Of a stretch of 64,000 bases of DNA, positions 28,301 to 40,339 are shown one piece after another. The notes beneath the pieces were generated by a model. That model saw only the letters and a program-made list of their open reading frames with translations, had not been told where the DNA came from and did no database searches. Source of the DNA: Nemertoderma westbladi (taxonomy: Eukaryota; Animalia; Xenacoelomorpha). The stretch's first letter is position 1. Each line of letters starts with the position of its first letter. The stretch covers positions 1-64,000 of the forward strand of contig JAUCBJ010003201.1 of the NCBI GenBank assembly GCA_032718475.1. The letters run 5' to 3'. The position numbers and the translations under genes are program-made.

Positions 28301-31300
28301 TTAGTACGTATTCTATGTGGGAGGGGACATGTTAGATGTAGCTGTTGTTAGTAAGTATTCTATGTGGGAGGGGACATGTTAGATGTAGCTGTAGTTACTA
28401 CGTATTCTATGTGGGAGGGGACATGTTAGATGTAGCTGTAGTTAGTACGTAGTAAGTATTCTATGTGGGAGGGGACATGTTAGATGTAGCTGTAGTTAGT
28501 AAGTATTCTATGTGGGAGGGGACATGTTAGATGTAGCTGTAGTTAGTACGTAGTAAGTATTCTATGTGGGAGGGGACATGTTAGATGTAGCTGTAGTTAC
28601 TACGTATTCTATGTGGGAGGGGACATGTTAGATGTAGCTGTAGTTAGTAAGTATTCTATATGGGAGGGGACATGTTAGATGTAGCTGTAGTTAGTACGTA
28701 TTCAATATGGGAGGGGACATGTTAGATGTAGCTGTAGTTAGTAAGTATTCTATGGGGGAGTGGACATGTTAGATGTAGCTGTAGTTAGTAAGTATTCTAT
28801 GTGGGAGGGGACATGTTAGATGTAGCTGTAGTTAGTACGTAGTAAGTATTCTATGTGGGAGGGGACATGTTAGATGTAGCTGTAGTTACTAAGTATTCAA
28901 TATGGGAGGGGACATGTTAGATGTAGCTGTAGTTAGTAAGTATTCTATGTGGGAGGGGACATGTTAGATGTAGCTGTAGTTAGTAAGTATTCTATGTGGG
29001 AGGGGACATGTTAGATGTAGCTGTAGTTAGTACGTAGTAAGTATTCTATGTGGGAGGGGACATGTTAGATGTAGCTGTAGTTACTAAGTATTCTATATGG
29101 GAGGGGACATGTTAGATGTAGCTGTTGTTAGTAAGTATTCTATGTGGGAGGGGACATGTTAGATGTAGCTGTAGTTACTACGTATTCTATATGGGAGGGG
29201 ACATGTTAGATGTAGCTGTAGTTAGTACGTATTCTATGTGGGAGGGGACATGTTAGATGTAGCTGTAGTTACTACGTATTCTATGTGGGAGGGGACATGT
29301 TAGATGTAGCTGTAGTTAGTACGTAGTAAGTATTCTATGTGGGAGGGGACATGTTAGATGTAGCTGTAGAGTAAGTATTCTATGTGGGAGGGGACATGTT
29401 AGATGTAGCTGTAGTTAGTACGTAGTAAGTATTCTATGTGGGAGGGGACATGTTAGATGTAGCTGTAGTTACTACATATTCTATGTGGGAGGGGACATGT
29501 TAGATGTAGCTGTAGTTAGTACGTATTCTATGTGGGAGGGGACATGTTAGATGTAGCTGTAGTTAGTACGTATTCTATGTGGGAGGGGACATGTTAGATG
29601 TAGCTGTAGTTAGTACGTAGTAAGTATTCTATGTGGGAGGGGACATGTTAGATGTAGCTGTAGTTAGTACGTATTCTATGTGGGAGGGGACATGTTAGAT
29701 GTAGCTGTAGTTAGTACGTATTCTATGTGGGAGGGGACATGTTAGATGTAGCTGTAGTTAGTACGTATTCTATGTGGGAGGGGACATGTTAGATGTAGCT
29801 GTTGTTAGTAAGTATTCTATGTGGGAGGGGACATGTTAGATGTAGCTGTAGTTAGTACGTATTCTATGTGGGAGGGGACATGTTAGATGTAGCTGTAGTT
29901 AGTACGTATTCTATGTGGGAGGGGACATGTTAGATGTAGCTGTAGTTAGTACGTAGTAAGTATTCTATGTGGGAGGGGACATGTTAGATGTAGCTGTAGT
30001 TAGTACGTATTCTATTTGGGAGGGGACATGTTAGATGTAGCTGTAGTTAGTACGTAGTAAGTATTCTATGTGGGAGGGGACATGTTAGATGTAGCTGTAG
30101 TTAGTACGTATTCTATGTGGGAGGGGACATGTTAGATGTAGCTGTAGTTAGTACGTATTCTATGTGGGAGGGGACATGTTAGATGTAGCTGTAGTTAGTA
30201 CGTATTCTATGTGGGAGGGGACATGTTAGATGTAGCTGTAGTTAGTACGTATTCTATGTGGGAGGGGACATGTTAGATGTAGTTGTAGTTACTACGTATT
30301 CTATGTGGGAGGGGACATGTTAGATGTAGCTGTAGTTACTACGTATTCTATGTGGGAGGGGACATGTTAGATGTAGCTGTAGTTACTACGTATTCAATAT
30401 GGGAGGGGACATGTTAGATGTAGCTGTAGTTAGTACGTAGTAAGTATTCTATGTGGGAGGGGACATTTTAGATGTAGCTGTAGTTAGTAAGTATTCTATG
30501 TGGGAGGGGACATGTTAGATTTAGCTGTAGTTAGTACGTATTCTATGTGGGAGGAGACATGTTAGATGTAGCTGTAGTTAGTAAGTATTCTATGTGGGAG
30601 GGGACATGTTAGATGTAGCTGTAGTTAGTACGTATTCTATGTGGGAGGAGACATGTTAGATGTAGCTGTAGTTAGTAAGTATTCTATGTGGGAGGGGACA
30701 TGTTAGATGTAGCTGTAGTTACTACGTATTCTATGTGGGAGGGGACATGTTAGATGTAGCTGTAGTTACTACGTATTCTATGTGGGAGGGGACATGTTAG
30801 ATGTAGCTGTAGTTACTACGTATTCAATATGGGAGGGGACATGTTAGATGTAGCTGTAGTTAGTACGTAGTAAGTATTCTATGTGGGAGGGGACATGTTA
30901 GATGTAGCTGTAGTTAGTACGTAGTAAGTATTCTATGTGGGAGGGGACATGTTAGATGTAGCTGTAGTTAGTAAGTATTCTATGTGGGAGGGGACATGTT
31001 AGATTTAGCTGTAGTTAGTACGTATTCTATATGGGAGGGGACATGTTAGATGTAGCTGTAGTTAGTACGTAGTAAGTATTCTATGTGGGAGGGGACATGT
31101 TAGATGTAGCTGTAGTTAGTAAGTATTCTATGTGGGAGGGGACATGTTAGATTTAGCTGTAGTTAGTACGTATTCTATATGGGAGGGGACATGTTAGATG
31201 TAGCTGTAGTTAGTACGTATTCTATGTGGGAGGGGACATGTTAGATGTAGCTGTAGTTACTACGTATTCTATGTGGGAGGGGACATGTTAGATGTAGCTG

Positions 31301-32745
31301 TAGTTAGTACGTATTCTATGTGGGAGGGGACATGTTAGATGTAGCTGTAGTTAGTACGTATTCATTGTGGGAGGGGACGTGTTAGATGTGGCTGTAGTTA
31401 GTACGTAGTAAGTATTCTATGTGGGAGGGGACATGTTAGATGTAGCTGTAGTTAGTAAGTATTCTATGTGGGAGGGGACATGTTAGATTTAGCTGTAGTT
31501 AGTACGTATTCTATATGGGAGGGGACATGTTAGATGTAGCTGTAGTTACTACGTATTCTATGTGGGAGGGGACATGTTAGATGTAGCTGTAGTTAGTACG
31601 TATTCTATGTGGGAGGGGACATGTTAGATGTAGCTGTTGTTAGTAAGTATTCTATGTGGGAGGGGACATGTTAGATGTAGCTGTAGTTAGTACGTATTCT
31701 ATGTGGGAGGGGACATGTTAGATGTAGCTGTAGTTAGTACGTATTCATTGTGGGAGGGGACATGTTAGATGTAGCTGTAGTTAGTACGTATTCTATGTGG
31801 GAGGGGACATGTTAGATGTAGCTGTAGTTAGTACGTATTCATTGTGGGAGGGGACATGTTAGATTTAGCTGTAGTTAGTACGTATGCTATGTGGGAGGGT
31901 ACATGTTAGATGTAGCTGTAGTTAGTACGTATTCATTGTGGGAGGGGACAAGTTAGATGTAGCTGTAGTTAGTACGTATTCTATGTGGGAGGAGACATGT
32001 TAGATGTAGCTGTAGTTAGTACGTATTCTATGTGGGAGGGGCCATGTTAGATGTAGCTGTAGTTACTACGTATTCTATGTGGGAGGGGACATATTAGATG
32101 TAGCTGTAGTTAGTACGTATTCTATATGGGAGGGGACATGTTAGATGTAGCTGTAGTTAGTACGTAGTAAGTATTCTATGTGGGAGGGGACATGTTAGAT
32201 GTAGCTGTAGTTAGTACGTATTCATTGTGGGAGGGGACATGTTAGATTTAGTTGTAGTTAGTACGTATTCTATGTGGGAGGGTACATGTTAGATGTAGCT
32301 GTAGTTAGTACGTATTCATTGTGGGAGGGGACATGTTAGATTTAGCTGTAGTTAGTACGTATTCTATGTGGGAGGGGACATGTTAGATGTAGCTGTGGTT
32401 AGTACGTAGTAAGTATTCTATGTGGGAGGGGACATGTTAGTACGTATTCTATGTGGGAGGGTACATGTTAGATGTAGCTGTAGTTAGTACGTATTCTATG
32501 TGGGAGGGGACATGTTAGATGTAGCTGTAGTTAGTACGTATTCTATGTGGAAGGGGACATGTTAGATGTAGCTGTTGTTAGTAAGTATTCTATATGGGAG
32601 GGGACATGTTAGATGTAGCTGTAGTTACTACGTATTCTATGTGGGAGGGGACATGTTAGATGTAGCTGTAGTTAGTACGTATTCTATGTGGGAGGGGACA
32701 TGTTAGATGTAGCTGTAGTTAGTACGTATTCTATGTGGAAGTGGA
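7345..32745. repeat. 47-bp tandem repeat, ~25.4 kb and roughly 500+ copies, filling the intron 7356-32810
   Basis: Unit GTATTCTATGTGGGAGGGGACATGTTAGATGTAGCTGTAGTTAGTAC. A common 54-bp variant carries an extra GTAGTAC or GTAGTAA. Units become more diverged toward the 3' end. Confidence 0.99.
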
Positions 32746-32810
32746 CACACTTAATCTATTTGTACGACTCTTGTACCTTTGTTTGTACCACATATTATAT
32801 TTTCTCATAG

Positions 32811-32989
32811 ATATGTCTACTCTGGAACGATCAGTCCGTAACATTAGTTTAGACGGGGTCATTTGGGGTGAATCCAAACAGGTAGCCGACGCTAAAGGTA
32901 GACGGTTGGAGATCGCATGTGTCGCTATCGACCCTACAGTCAATCCGCAGAATGTACTCACTGTCATCAAAACAAATCATCGAGATATT
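32811..32989 (+). CDS. Internal exon of the eEF1B-like gene (core of the EF-1 guanine-nucleotide exchange domain)
   Basis: Acceptor ttttctcatag|AT, donor ATT|GTAAGT. Encodes (D)MSTLERSVRNISLDGVIWGESKQVADAKGRRLEIACVAIDPTVNPQNVLTVIKTNHRDI, like [45 protein letters not shown]. The phase-1 join G|AT (Asp) fits the 7355 donor. Confidence 0.9.
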
Positions 32990-33171
32990 GTAAGTAGTTT
33001 TACCCTAAAGTTCAATAGTGTAAGTATTTTATATAACGTGTTGGTAACACAGAACTCATTGCTAAATGTTTGACAATGTTTTTTGTGCACCTGACTCGCA
33101 TTTGTTCTCCTGAACAGTACATACGCATTACGCAACTGTAACATAATATTCGGTGATTTAACAGTGATTAT

Positions 33172-33839
33172 TATGGTGGCCCAGAAGGGACAACTTAAAA
33201 AATATTTCATTTCGAGTAAAAAAAAAAACAACAATATCGAATTATTCATGAAATTATTGAAATTCTTGTTTTTGTCGTTTTTTTTATTTCACTACAAACT
33301 TTGCCGTAAACGAGCATTAACACCAGCCAGAATGTGTTTAAGAAGTATCCTAACAGTTTCTCGGCGAAGGTTTATAAAGCGTCGATAAGCGCCGATGAAT
33401 CGTCCGATACCCACAATTAATTGCAGATAATTCAACAAGTTCTAACGCACGTAATACACGAGGAAGTGACTGCTCGTAACAACGGCTTCTAAGGTTTAAA
33501 TCAGCTCTACGTCGTCTAATTGTCCTATCGCTTATAGTTATTCCATGTTGCGATTTTAATAGCACCCTTTTATCTCTAACAGTAAAACGTAGGTAATAAT
33601 AATACGCCGAAATTAAGATATCCATTTCTGGATTTACCAGAAATAAGTTTAAATCTGTTTTAAATCTCCCTCTCAAAACCTTCCTTACTTAAAAACAATA
33701 TTTTGTTTTTGTCGTTTTTTTTTATTTGTAGTAAAATAAAAAAAAACGACAAAAACAAGAATTCATAAATAATTTGTTTTTGTCGTTTTTTTTACTCGAA
33801 ATGAAATATTTTTTAAGTTGTTCCTTCTGGGCCACCATA
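33172..33839 (-). mobile_element. Non-autonomous IS3EU-like DNA transposon (internal deletion derivative) in the last eEF1B-like intron
   Basis: Long imperfect TIRs TATGGTGGCCCAGAAGG(G/A)ACAACTTAAAAAATATTTCATTTCGAGTAAAA, extending ~110-130 bp. TAY..RTA termini and 6-bp flanks GATTAT/GATTAG (one mismatch) fit IS3EU. Confidence 0.75.
33350..33625 (-). pseudogene. N-terminal HTH-like fragment of an IS3-type transposase; no DDE domain
   Basis: MDILISAYYY..LLKSQHGITISDRTIRRRRADLNL..GYRTIHRRL resembles IS3/IS3EU N-terminal motifs (IS.RT.RR, GYR). It lies between the TIRs. Confidence 0.65.
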
Positions 33840-34073
33840 GATTAGAGAGTGATATTACTCTCTATGATAGATCATAGAGATATCATAGATCATAGACTAG
33901 TTATTGATGTTAATTTAAACTCTAAAATTATAAATTTTATCTTTCAAATGGTAGATAATGTCCTTCGAACTACTTATTAATTGAATACGAAATATTTCGA
34001 CGCTAAAGTTAAAAATATTGTTTACATTTAAATTATTTAACTTACAGTGCGTAAATATTATTTATTTCTACAG

Positions 34074-34112
34074 GTCGGCAGTGTCGATATAACATCGTCC
34101 AACAAACTCTAA
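34074..34112 (+). CDS. Last coding exon of the eEF1B-like gene
   Basis: Acceptor tttatttctacag|. Encodes VGSVDITSSNKL* in phase 0, matching the eEF1B C-terminus VQSMDVAAFNKI*. An AATAAA follows at ~34223. Confidence 0.88.
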   Translation, partial: VGSVDITSSNKL

Positions 34113-34954
34113 CTTCCAGTTCAAATGATGTATGGCTGAACTTTACAAATTTCGCTACTAGGACTAGTTTATGGAGAGTTGGTTTTGTTAATTAACAGAA
34201 AATAATTACAATTTGGTTGATGAATAAATCTGCAGACTCTCTGAATTATTTTAGGGTGTGGTTATTGATTCAGGATTGATTGAAGGATATAAAACAAATT
34301 AAGCGACACCCTAAGAGTATTGGTAATGGACTACGTGGTAGAATTCCCTAACATTAAAGTCAGTTAATTTAGATAACTTTTATTGATTATAATTAATTTG
34401 TTGATTATAATTTTCGTAGGTACGTAAGTATTTTGTAGCAGTTGAAATCGATTTAGATGTTTTATTGTTCCCTATTTTATTATTCGGTTTTAACTAATTG
34501 TTTTGTATTTTTTTTTTGTTTCCAGGTCTTGGGTTTAATGCAGTCCTTTGTTGTAAGAATTATTGTAAGAATTAATAAATATTGTGCTGTTATAATGTGT
34601 TTATTGCTTCATATTGTATTATTTTTCGTAAAAACCCAATTATTAACATAATAATTTTATGGTGCAGTGAAGAATATACTTGTTGTTGCAGTGACTTATT
34701 ATTGGAGAGAGTAACATTTTTAGGCATATAAGGCATATTTTTTAGGTATTAATATACATACCACCTACTTGAAGTGAAGTATTGTTCAGTACGATCATAA
34801 TAATAATAATAAAATCAGCTAGATGATTATATTAAACTATATGTATTTTTACTGTTTGTGCTTTCAAATTGATATAAATTGTATGTTAACTGCCAAAGAG
34901 AGTTTATAATAGTTGTAACTGCACCTTATTTGTGTGTTTGTATCATGTACTCGC

Positions 34955-37900
34955 AAGCGATAGTAATCTATAAGCGATAGTAAGCAACTCAGTAAACAGT
35001 AAGTTTACTTTGTCAGTAAACAAACATTAAATCAATAAGTGATATTGATCAACAAGTCGATATTAAAGTCAATAAGTGATAAGTCATATATAAGATAGTA
35101 GATAAGAAATAAGTGATAGTGATCATCTGTGATCAACAAACCGATATTGAAGAATTATGCGATTATGTGCAACAAGTGAAAATGACAAACAAGCTCTAGT
35201 GAGAAACAAGTAAAACAATAAGCGATAGTGAGCAAAAAGCGATAGTAACAAGCGATAATGAGCAAAAAGCGATAGTAACAAGCGATAATGAGCAAAAAGC
35301 GATAGTAACAAGCGATAATGATCAACAAGTCTTATAAGTAAATAAAACATTAAGCGATAGTGAGCAAAAAGCGATAGTAACAAGCGATAATGAGCAAAAA
35401 GCGATAGTAACAAGCGATAATGATCAACAGGTCTTATAAGTAAATAAAACATTAAGCGATAGTAACAAGCGATAATGATCAACAAGTCTTATAAGTAAAT
35501 AAAACATTAAGCGATAGTGAGCAAAAAGCGATAGTAACAAGCGATAATGATCAACAAGTCTTATAAGTAAATAAAACATTAAGCGATAGTGAGCAAAAAG
35601 CGATAGTAACAAGCGATAGTGAGCAAAAAGCGCTAGTAACAAGCGATAATGAGCAAAAAGCGATAGTAACAAGCGATAATGATCAACAATTATAAGTAAA
35701 TAAAACATTAAGCGATAGTGAGCAAAAAGCGATAGTAACAAGCGATAATGATCAACAAGTCTTATAAGTAAATAAAACATTAAGCGATAGTGAGCAAAAA
35801 GCGATAGTAACAAGCGATAGTGAGCAAAAAGCGCTAGTAACAAGTGATAGTGAGCAAAAAGCGATAGTAACAAGCGATAATGATCAACAAGTCTTATAAG
35901 TAAATAAAACATTAAGCGATAGTGAGCAAAAAGCGGTAGTAACAAGCGATAGTGAGCAAAAAGCGATAGTAACAAGCGATAATGATCAACAAGTCTTATA
36001 AGTAAATAAAACACTAAGCGATAGTGAGCAAAAAGCGATAGTAACAAGCGATAGTGAGCAAAAAGCGACAGTAACAAGCGATAATGATCAACAGGTCTTA
36101 TAAGTAAATAAAACATTAAGCGATAGTAACAAGCGATAATGATCAACAAGTCTTATAAGTAAATAAAACATTAAGCGATAGTGAGCAAAAAGCGATAGTA
36201 ACAAGCGATAATGATCAACAAGTCTTATAAGTAAATAAAACATTAAGCGATAGTGAGCAAAAAGCGATAGTAACAAGCGATAGTGAGCAAAAAGCGCTAG
36301 TAACAAGCGATAATGAGCAAAAAGCGATAGTAACAAGCGATAATGATCAACAATTATAAGTAAATAAAACATTAAGCGATAGTGAGCAAAAAGCGATAGT
36401 AACAAGCGATAATGATCAATAAGTCTTATAAGTAAATAAAACATTAAGCGATAGTGAGCAAAAAGCGATAGTAACAAGCGATAATGAGCAAAAAGCGATA
36501 GTAACAAGCGATAATGATCAAGTCTTATAAGTAAATAAAACATTAAGCGATAGTGAGCAAAAAGCGATAGTAACAAGCGATAATGATTAACAAGTCTTAT
36601 AAGTAAATAAAACATTAAGCGATAGTGAGCAAAAAGCGATAGTAACAAGCGATAATGATCAACAAGTCTTATAAGTAAATAAAACATTAAGCGATAGTGA
36701 GCAAAAAGCGATAGTAACAAGCGATAATGAGCAAAAAGCGATAGTAACAAGCGATAATGATCAACAAGTCTTATAAGTAAATAAAACATTAAGCGATAGT
36801 GAGCAAAAAGCGATAGTAACAAGCGATAATGATCAAGAAGTCTTATAAGTAAATAAAACATTAAGCGATAGTGAGCAAAAATCGATAGTAACAAGCGATA
36901 GTAACAAGTGATAATAAAGTAAATAAAACATTAAGCGATAGTGAGCAAAAAGCGATAGTAACAAGCGATAATGATCAACAAGTCTTATAAGTAAATAAAA
37001 CATTAAGCGATAAGTGAGCAAAAGGCGATAGTAACAAGCGATAGTGAGCAAAAAGCGATAGTAACACATGATAATGATCAACAAGTCTTATAAGTAAATA
37101 AAACATTAAGCGATAGTGAGCAAAATGCGATAGTAACAAGCGATAGTGAGGAAAATGCGATAGTAACAAGCGATAATGATTAACAAGTCTATAAGTAAAT
37201 AAAACATTAAGCGGTAGTGAGCAAAAAGCGGAGTGAGCAAAGAGGAAAATGCGATAGTAACAAGCGATAATGATTAACAAGTCTATAAGTAAATAAAACA
37301 TTAAGCGGTAGTGAGCAAAAAGCGGAGTGAGCAAAAAGCGATAGTAACAAGCAATAATGATCAACAAGTCTATATTGAGTAATAAACAATATTTAAGCGA
37401 TAAGAAATAGTTATCAATAAGCGATAGTGAGCAATTATCGATATTAAGAAATAAGCTATAGTGAGCAACAAGCCTATAGTGATCAAGAGTGAGCAACAAG
37501 AGTGAATCTATAGGCGATAGAGACCAATAAGCGATAGTTGGTGACAAACGATAGTAAAACAATAAGTGATAGTAAGCAAATATCGATAGTGAGCAATAAG
37601 CGATTGTGAACAACAAGTGATGATTGGTAACAAGCTAGCTAGTGAATTTAAAATTAATTTAATCAGTTAGTGAGAAATTAACTAATTATTAACTAAAAAT
37701 TAAATAAAAATAAGATATAGTAAAGCAATGCGAGCTATAGTGAGCAATAAGCGATTGTGAGTAGAGTAATAATCGATAGTAAAGCAATACACGATACTGA
37801 GCAACACTTCTATGGTGAGTAAGAAACAATATAAGCTATAGTGAGCAACAAGCAGTTATGGAGAAATTAATGGTAGTATGACAATATGCTATTGTAAAGC

Positions 37901-38600
37901 AATGAGCTATAGCATGGCCTACTTAAATTTATTTAAGTAGGCCTTGGCAATAGTGAGCAATAAGTGATAGTAAGCAATAAGCTGTAGCGAGCAACAAGCG
38001 ATATTACGCAATAAGCTATAATGAGCAACAAGCGATAGTAAGCAACAAATCCCCTGTGCAACAATGAGCAACAAGCCGTTAGTGACTAATTAACGGTAGT
38101 AAAACAATAAGCGATAGTAAGTAACAAGTGATAATGAGAAACAAGTCTATAGTGAGTAATACGAGTTAGTAAAGTAACAAGCGATAGTGAGCAATAAGCG
38201 ATAGTGACAAGCCATCATAACCCTAGAGCCATAATAAGCAACAAGCTAATGAGCAACAAATCTATAGTAAGTAATAGGCAATAGTAAAGCAATAAGCTAT
38301 TATAGTGAGCAGAAAGTGGGTGATAATACAGCAATATGCAATAGTAAGCAATAAGCTATATATATAGTGAGCAACAAGTGAGTAAAGTAGTGAGTAATAA
38401 ATGATAGGAAAGAAATAAGCCATAGTGAGCAACAAGATGTAGTGAGTAACAAACGACAGTAAAGTAATAAGTTATGGTGAGCATTAAGCGATAGTCAGAA
38501 AAAGCTATTAGTGAGCAATAAGAAATAGTGAGCAATGAGGTATAGTGAGCAACAAGCCGATATTGAGTAATAAGCGATAGTGAACAACAAGCTGATAGTC
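34955..38600. repeat. Compound minisatellite of 30-bp and 42-bp subunits with a homogeneous core (~35220-37370) and decayed flanks
   Basis: Subunits AGCGATAGTGAGCAAAAAGCGATAGTAACA and AGCGATAATGATCAACAAGTCTTATAAGTAAATAAAACATTA, both built on an AAGCGATA motif. Confidence 0.95.
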
Positions 38601-39929
38601 ACTTACATTATTCCATTCTTAAATTGGGGTTAATCGAAAAGTGGAATAGGCCCCTTACTCACAATAATCGTGGAATTATGCCTAGCGACAAGGTTTAACC
38701 AAACCCCAGTTCCGCCATGAAAAATTTGAGTCACTTTGCAATCTTTGTAGTTTTTATTACAGCTGCTGGCTAAATTTCACAATTTTCATTTTTTTAACAA
38801 CTTGTTGCGTTTTGTATATTATGAACAAAAGACAGCCAGTCAATACATCAGCCAGCCAGATGAGACTTCAATTGTCTACAAATTCATCCGCATCACTAAT
38901 ATGTTGTTAGTTCAGATTGAGAAATTGAGAGTTCAGATAAAACCTTGTTAGTATTTCAATATTTAGTCAGCCATGCTGTCATTACATTGTAGGGGACCTA
39001 TCTTAACATTTTAGATTTTATGAGTCTGGTCTTACTCATAGCGTTGTTGCTTTTACCGTATCTCCAGCACTGATTTTTTATCTTAAAAATGTCTTCGGGT
39101 CCACCAATTCTGTAATCCCAAACCATAGGGTGTTTCAGTGTATAATCTCTACGCCGACAAACATTATTAACTCTAATTAATGTTAATTATTAATTGAGGG
39201 GAATGAACAGGTTACAGTGGAAGGTTATTCTAACCAGAACAATACACAAGAGTCGTGGGAACAGATACGCAAGAGTCGTGGGAACAGATACGCAAAATTC
39301 TGTACATTTTACATTAGCGTATTTGTACATTAAGGGGAAAGGGGAAATTTAAAAAAAATAAAAATTATTCATAAATAAAATTTCCAGTAAAAAGTCGACC
39401 GAAAATTGTAAACCTGGTGTTCCTTACATGGGCGAAAATTTCCCCATAAATATTCGAATGAATGACGGAAAGCTGTGTTGCAACTGCATTCATTGCGTTG
39501 CAACTGCGTGTCATTCGTCCACATACGGTACTTTATTTATATTTAAAAGTTAAATTAATTTACCTGTAATTTCAAAAGGATTTTGATCTTTCTATATCCA
39601 TTAAATATCTATTAAACATTAATAAAAGCTTCTGTACTAAACTCAAATTTGTTTAAATTCAATGCGAGCAATTATTAGGAGCGATTTGTGGAGAAATCAG
39701 GTTAGATTATAGCCACTATTCCTGAGATATGGAGTATAGTGTATATTATAGTGATATATCTAGTATAGTGTTTATAATATATGGTGTTTCTATTAATTTA
39801 AATTGTATTAATAATTTAGAAATAATTATATTACGCAGAAGGATAAAATGTTAAAATATCGATCGAAAATAATATTCCTCAATATTAATTTAACTGTTCC
39901 CCAATGGCTAGATGATTCGATTACTTCAT

Positions 39930-39953
39930 GTTTCCAAGCAACAGTATAAACAA
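39930..39953 (+). promoter_or_regulatory. RFX X-box plus adjacent forkhead (FOXJ1-type) site upstream of CCDC39
   Basis: GTTTCCAAGCAAC (39930-39942) fits the X-box GTYNCC-N-RGYAAC. TAAACAA lies at 39947-39953, ~150 bp upstream of the ATG of a motile-cilia gene. Confidence 0.7.
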
Positions 39954-40091
39954 CAACATTTCAAACTTCTACAGTTTAGGCACAATACAGCAATACCGGT
40001 TGGTCAGTAGGTAAAACCCCGAAAGCAGTACAACAGTAAGCAAATCAATCACATTCAGCATTGAGTTCAAACCTCTACGAATCGCATCAGC

Positions 40092-40339
40092 ATGCCTGAA
40101 AGTGAATTATCCCTTGTGCACTCCATACTGTCTGCACTGGATTGGGATGAAGGAATCTCGATACCGGTGGCAAATGCAGAAAATAGAGAACTTGAAGAAG
40201 AATTACAGAGAAAGCAAAGAGCAATTATAAAGCATGAGACAGAAATTAGCAACCATGAAGATAGGCTTCATATTATGAAAGAACATCTGAAGAATGTGAA
40301 TCAGGAATTAGTTCATACGCAAGCATTGTTACGTGCAAG
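40092..40339 (+). CDS. CCDC39: Coiled-coil domain-containing protein 39 (FAP59; axonemal 96-nm ruler), exon 1
   Basis: LDWDEGISIPVANAENRELEEEL...HLKNVNQELVHTQALLRAR matches the CCDC39 N-terminus (LHWEDGFAIPVANEENK...HFKNVKQEL). Donor AAG|GTTGGT, phase 2. Confidence 0.93.

Noticed and set aside
7378-32745. CRISPR-like or telomeric array
   Set aside because: Units are head-to-tail with no unique spacers, there are no cas genes, the context is a eukaryotic intron, and unique sequence lies on both sides.
32735-33073. 112-aa ORF as a standalone gene
   Set aside because: Only 32811-32989 is exonic; the flanks are read-through into intron beyond clear AG and GTAAGT sites.
35123-37616. Hydrophobic repetitive ORFs (HYRLLLSLFA)n
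   Set aside because: Antisense translation of an A-rich minisatellite with frame-breaking variants.
38600-39800. Possible DNA transposon remnants, a 22-bp direct duplication at ~39247-39293 and a GTTGCAAC palindrome pair
   Set aside because: I could not find matching termini or a TSD, so no element call is supportable.
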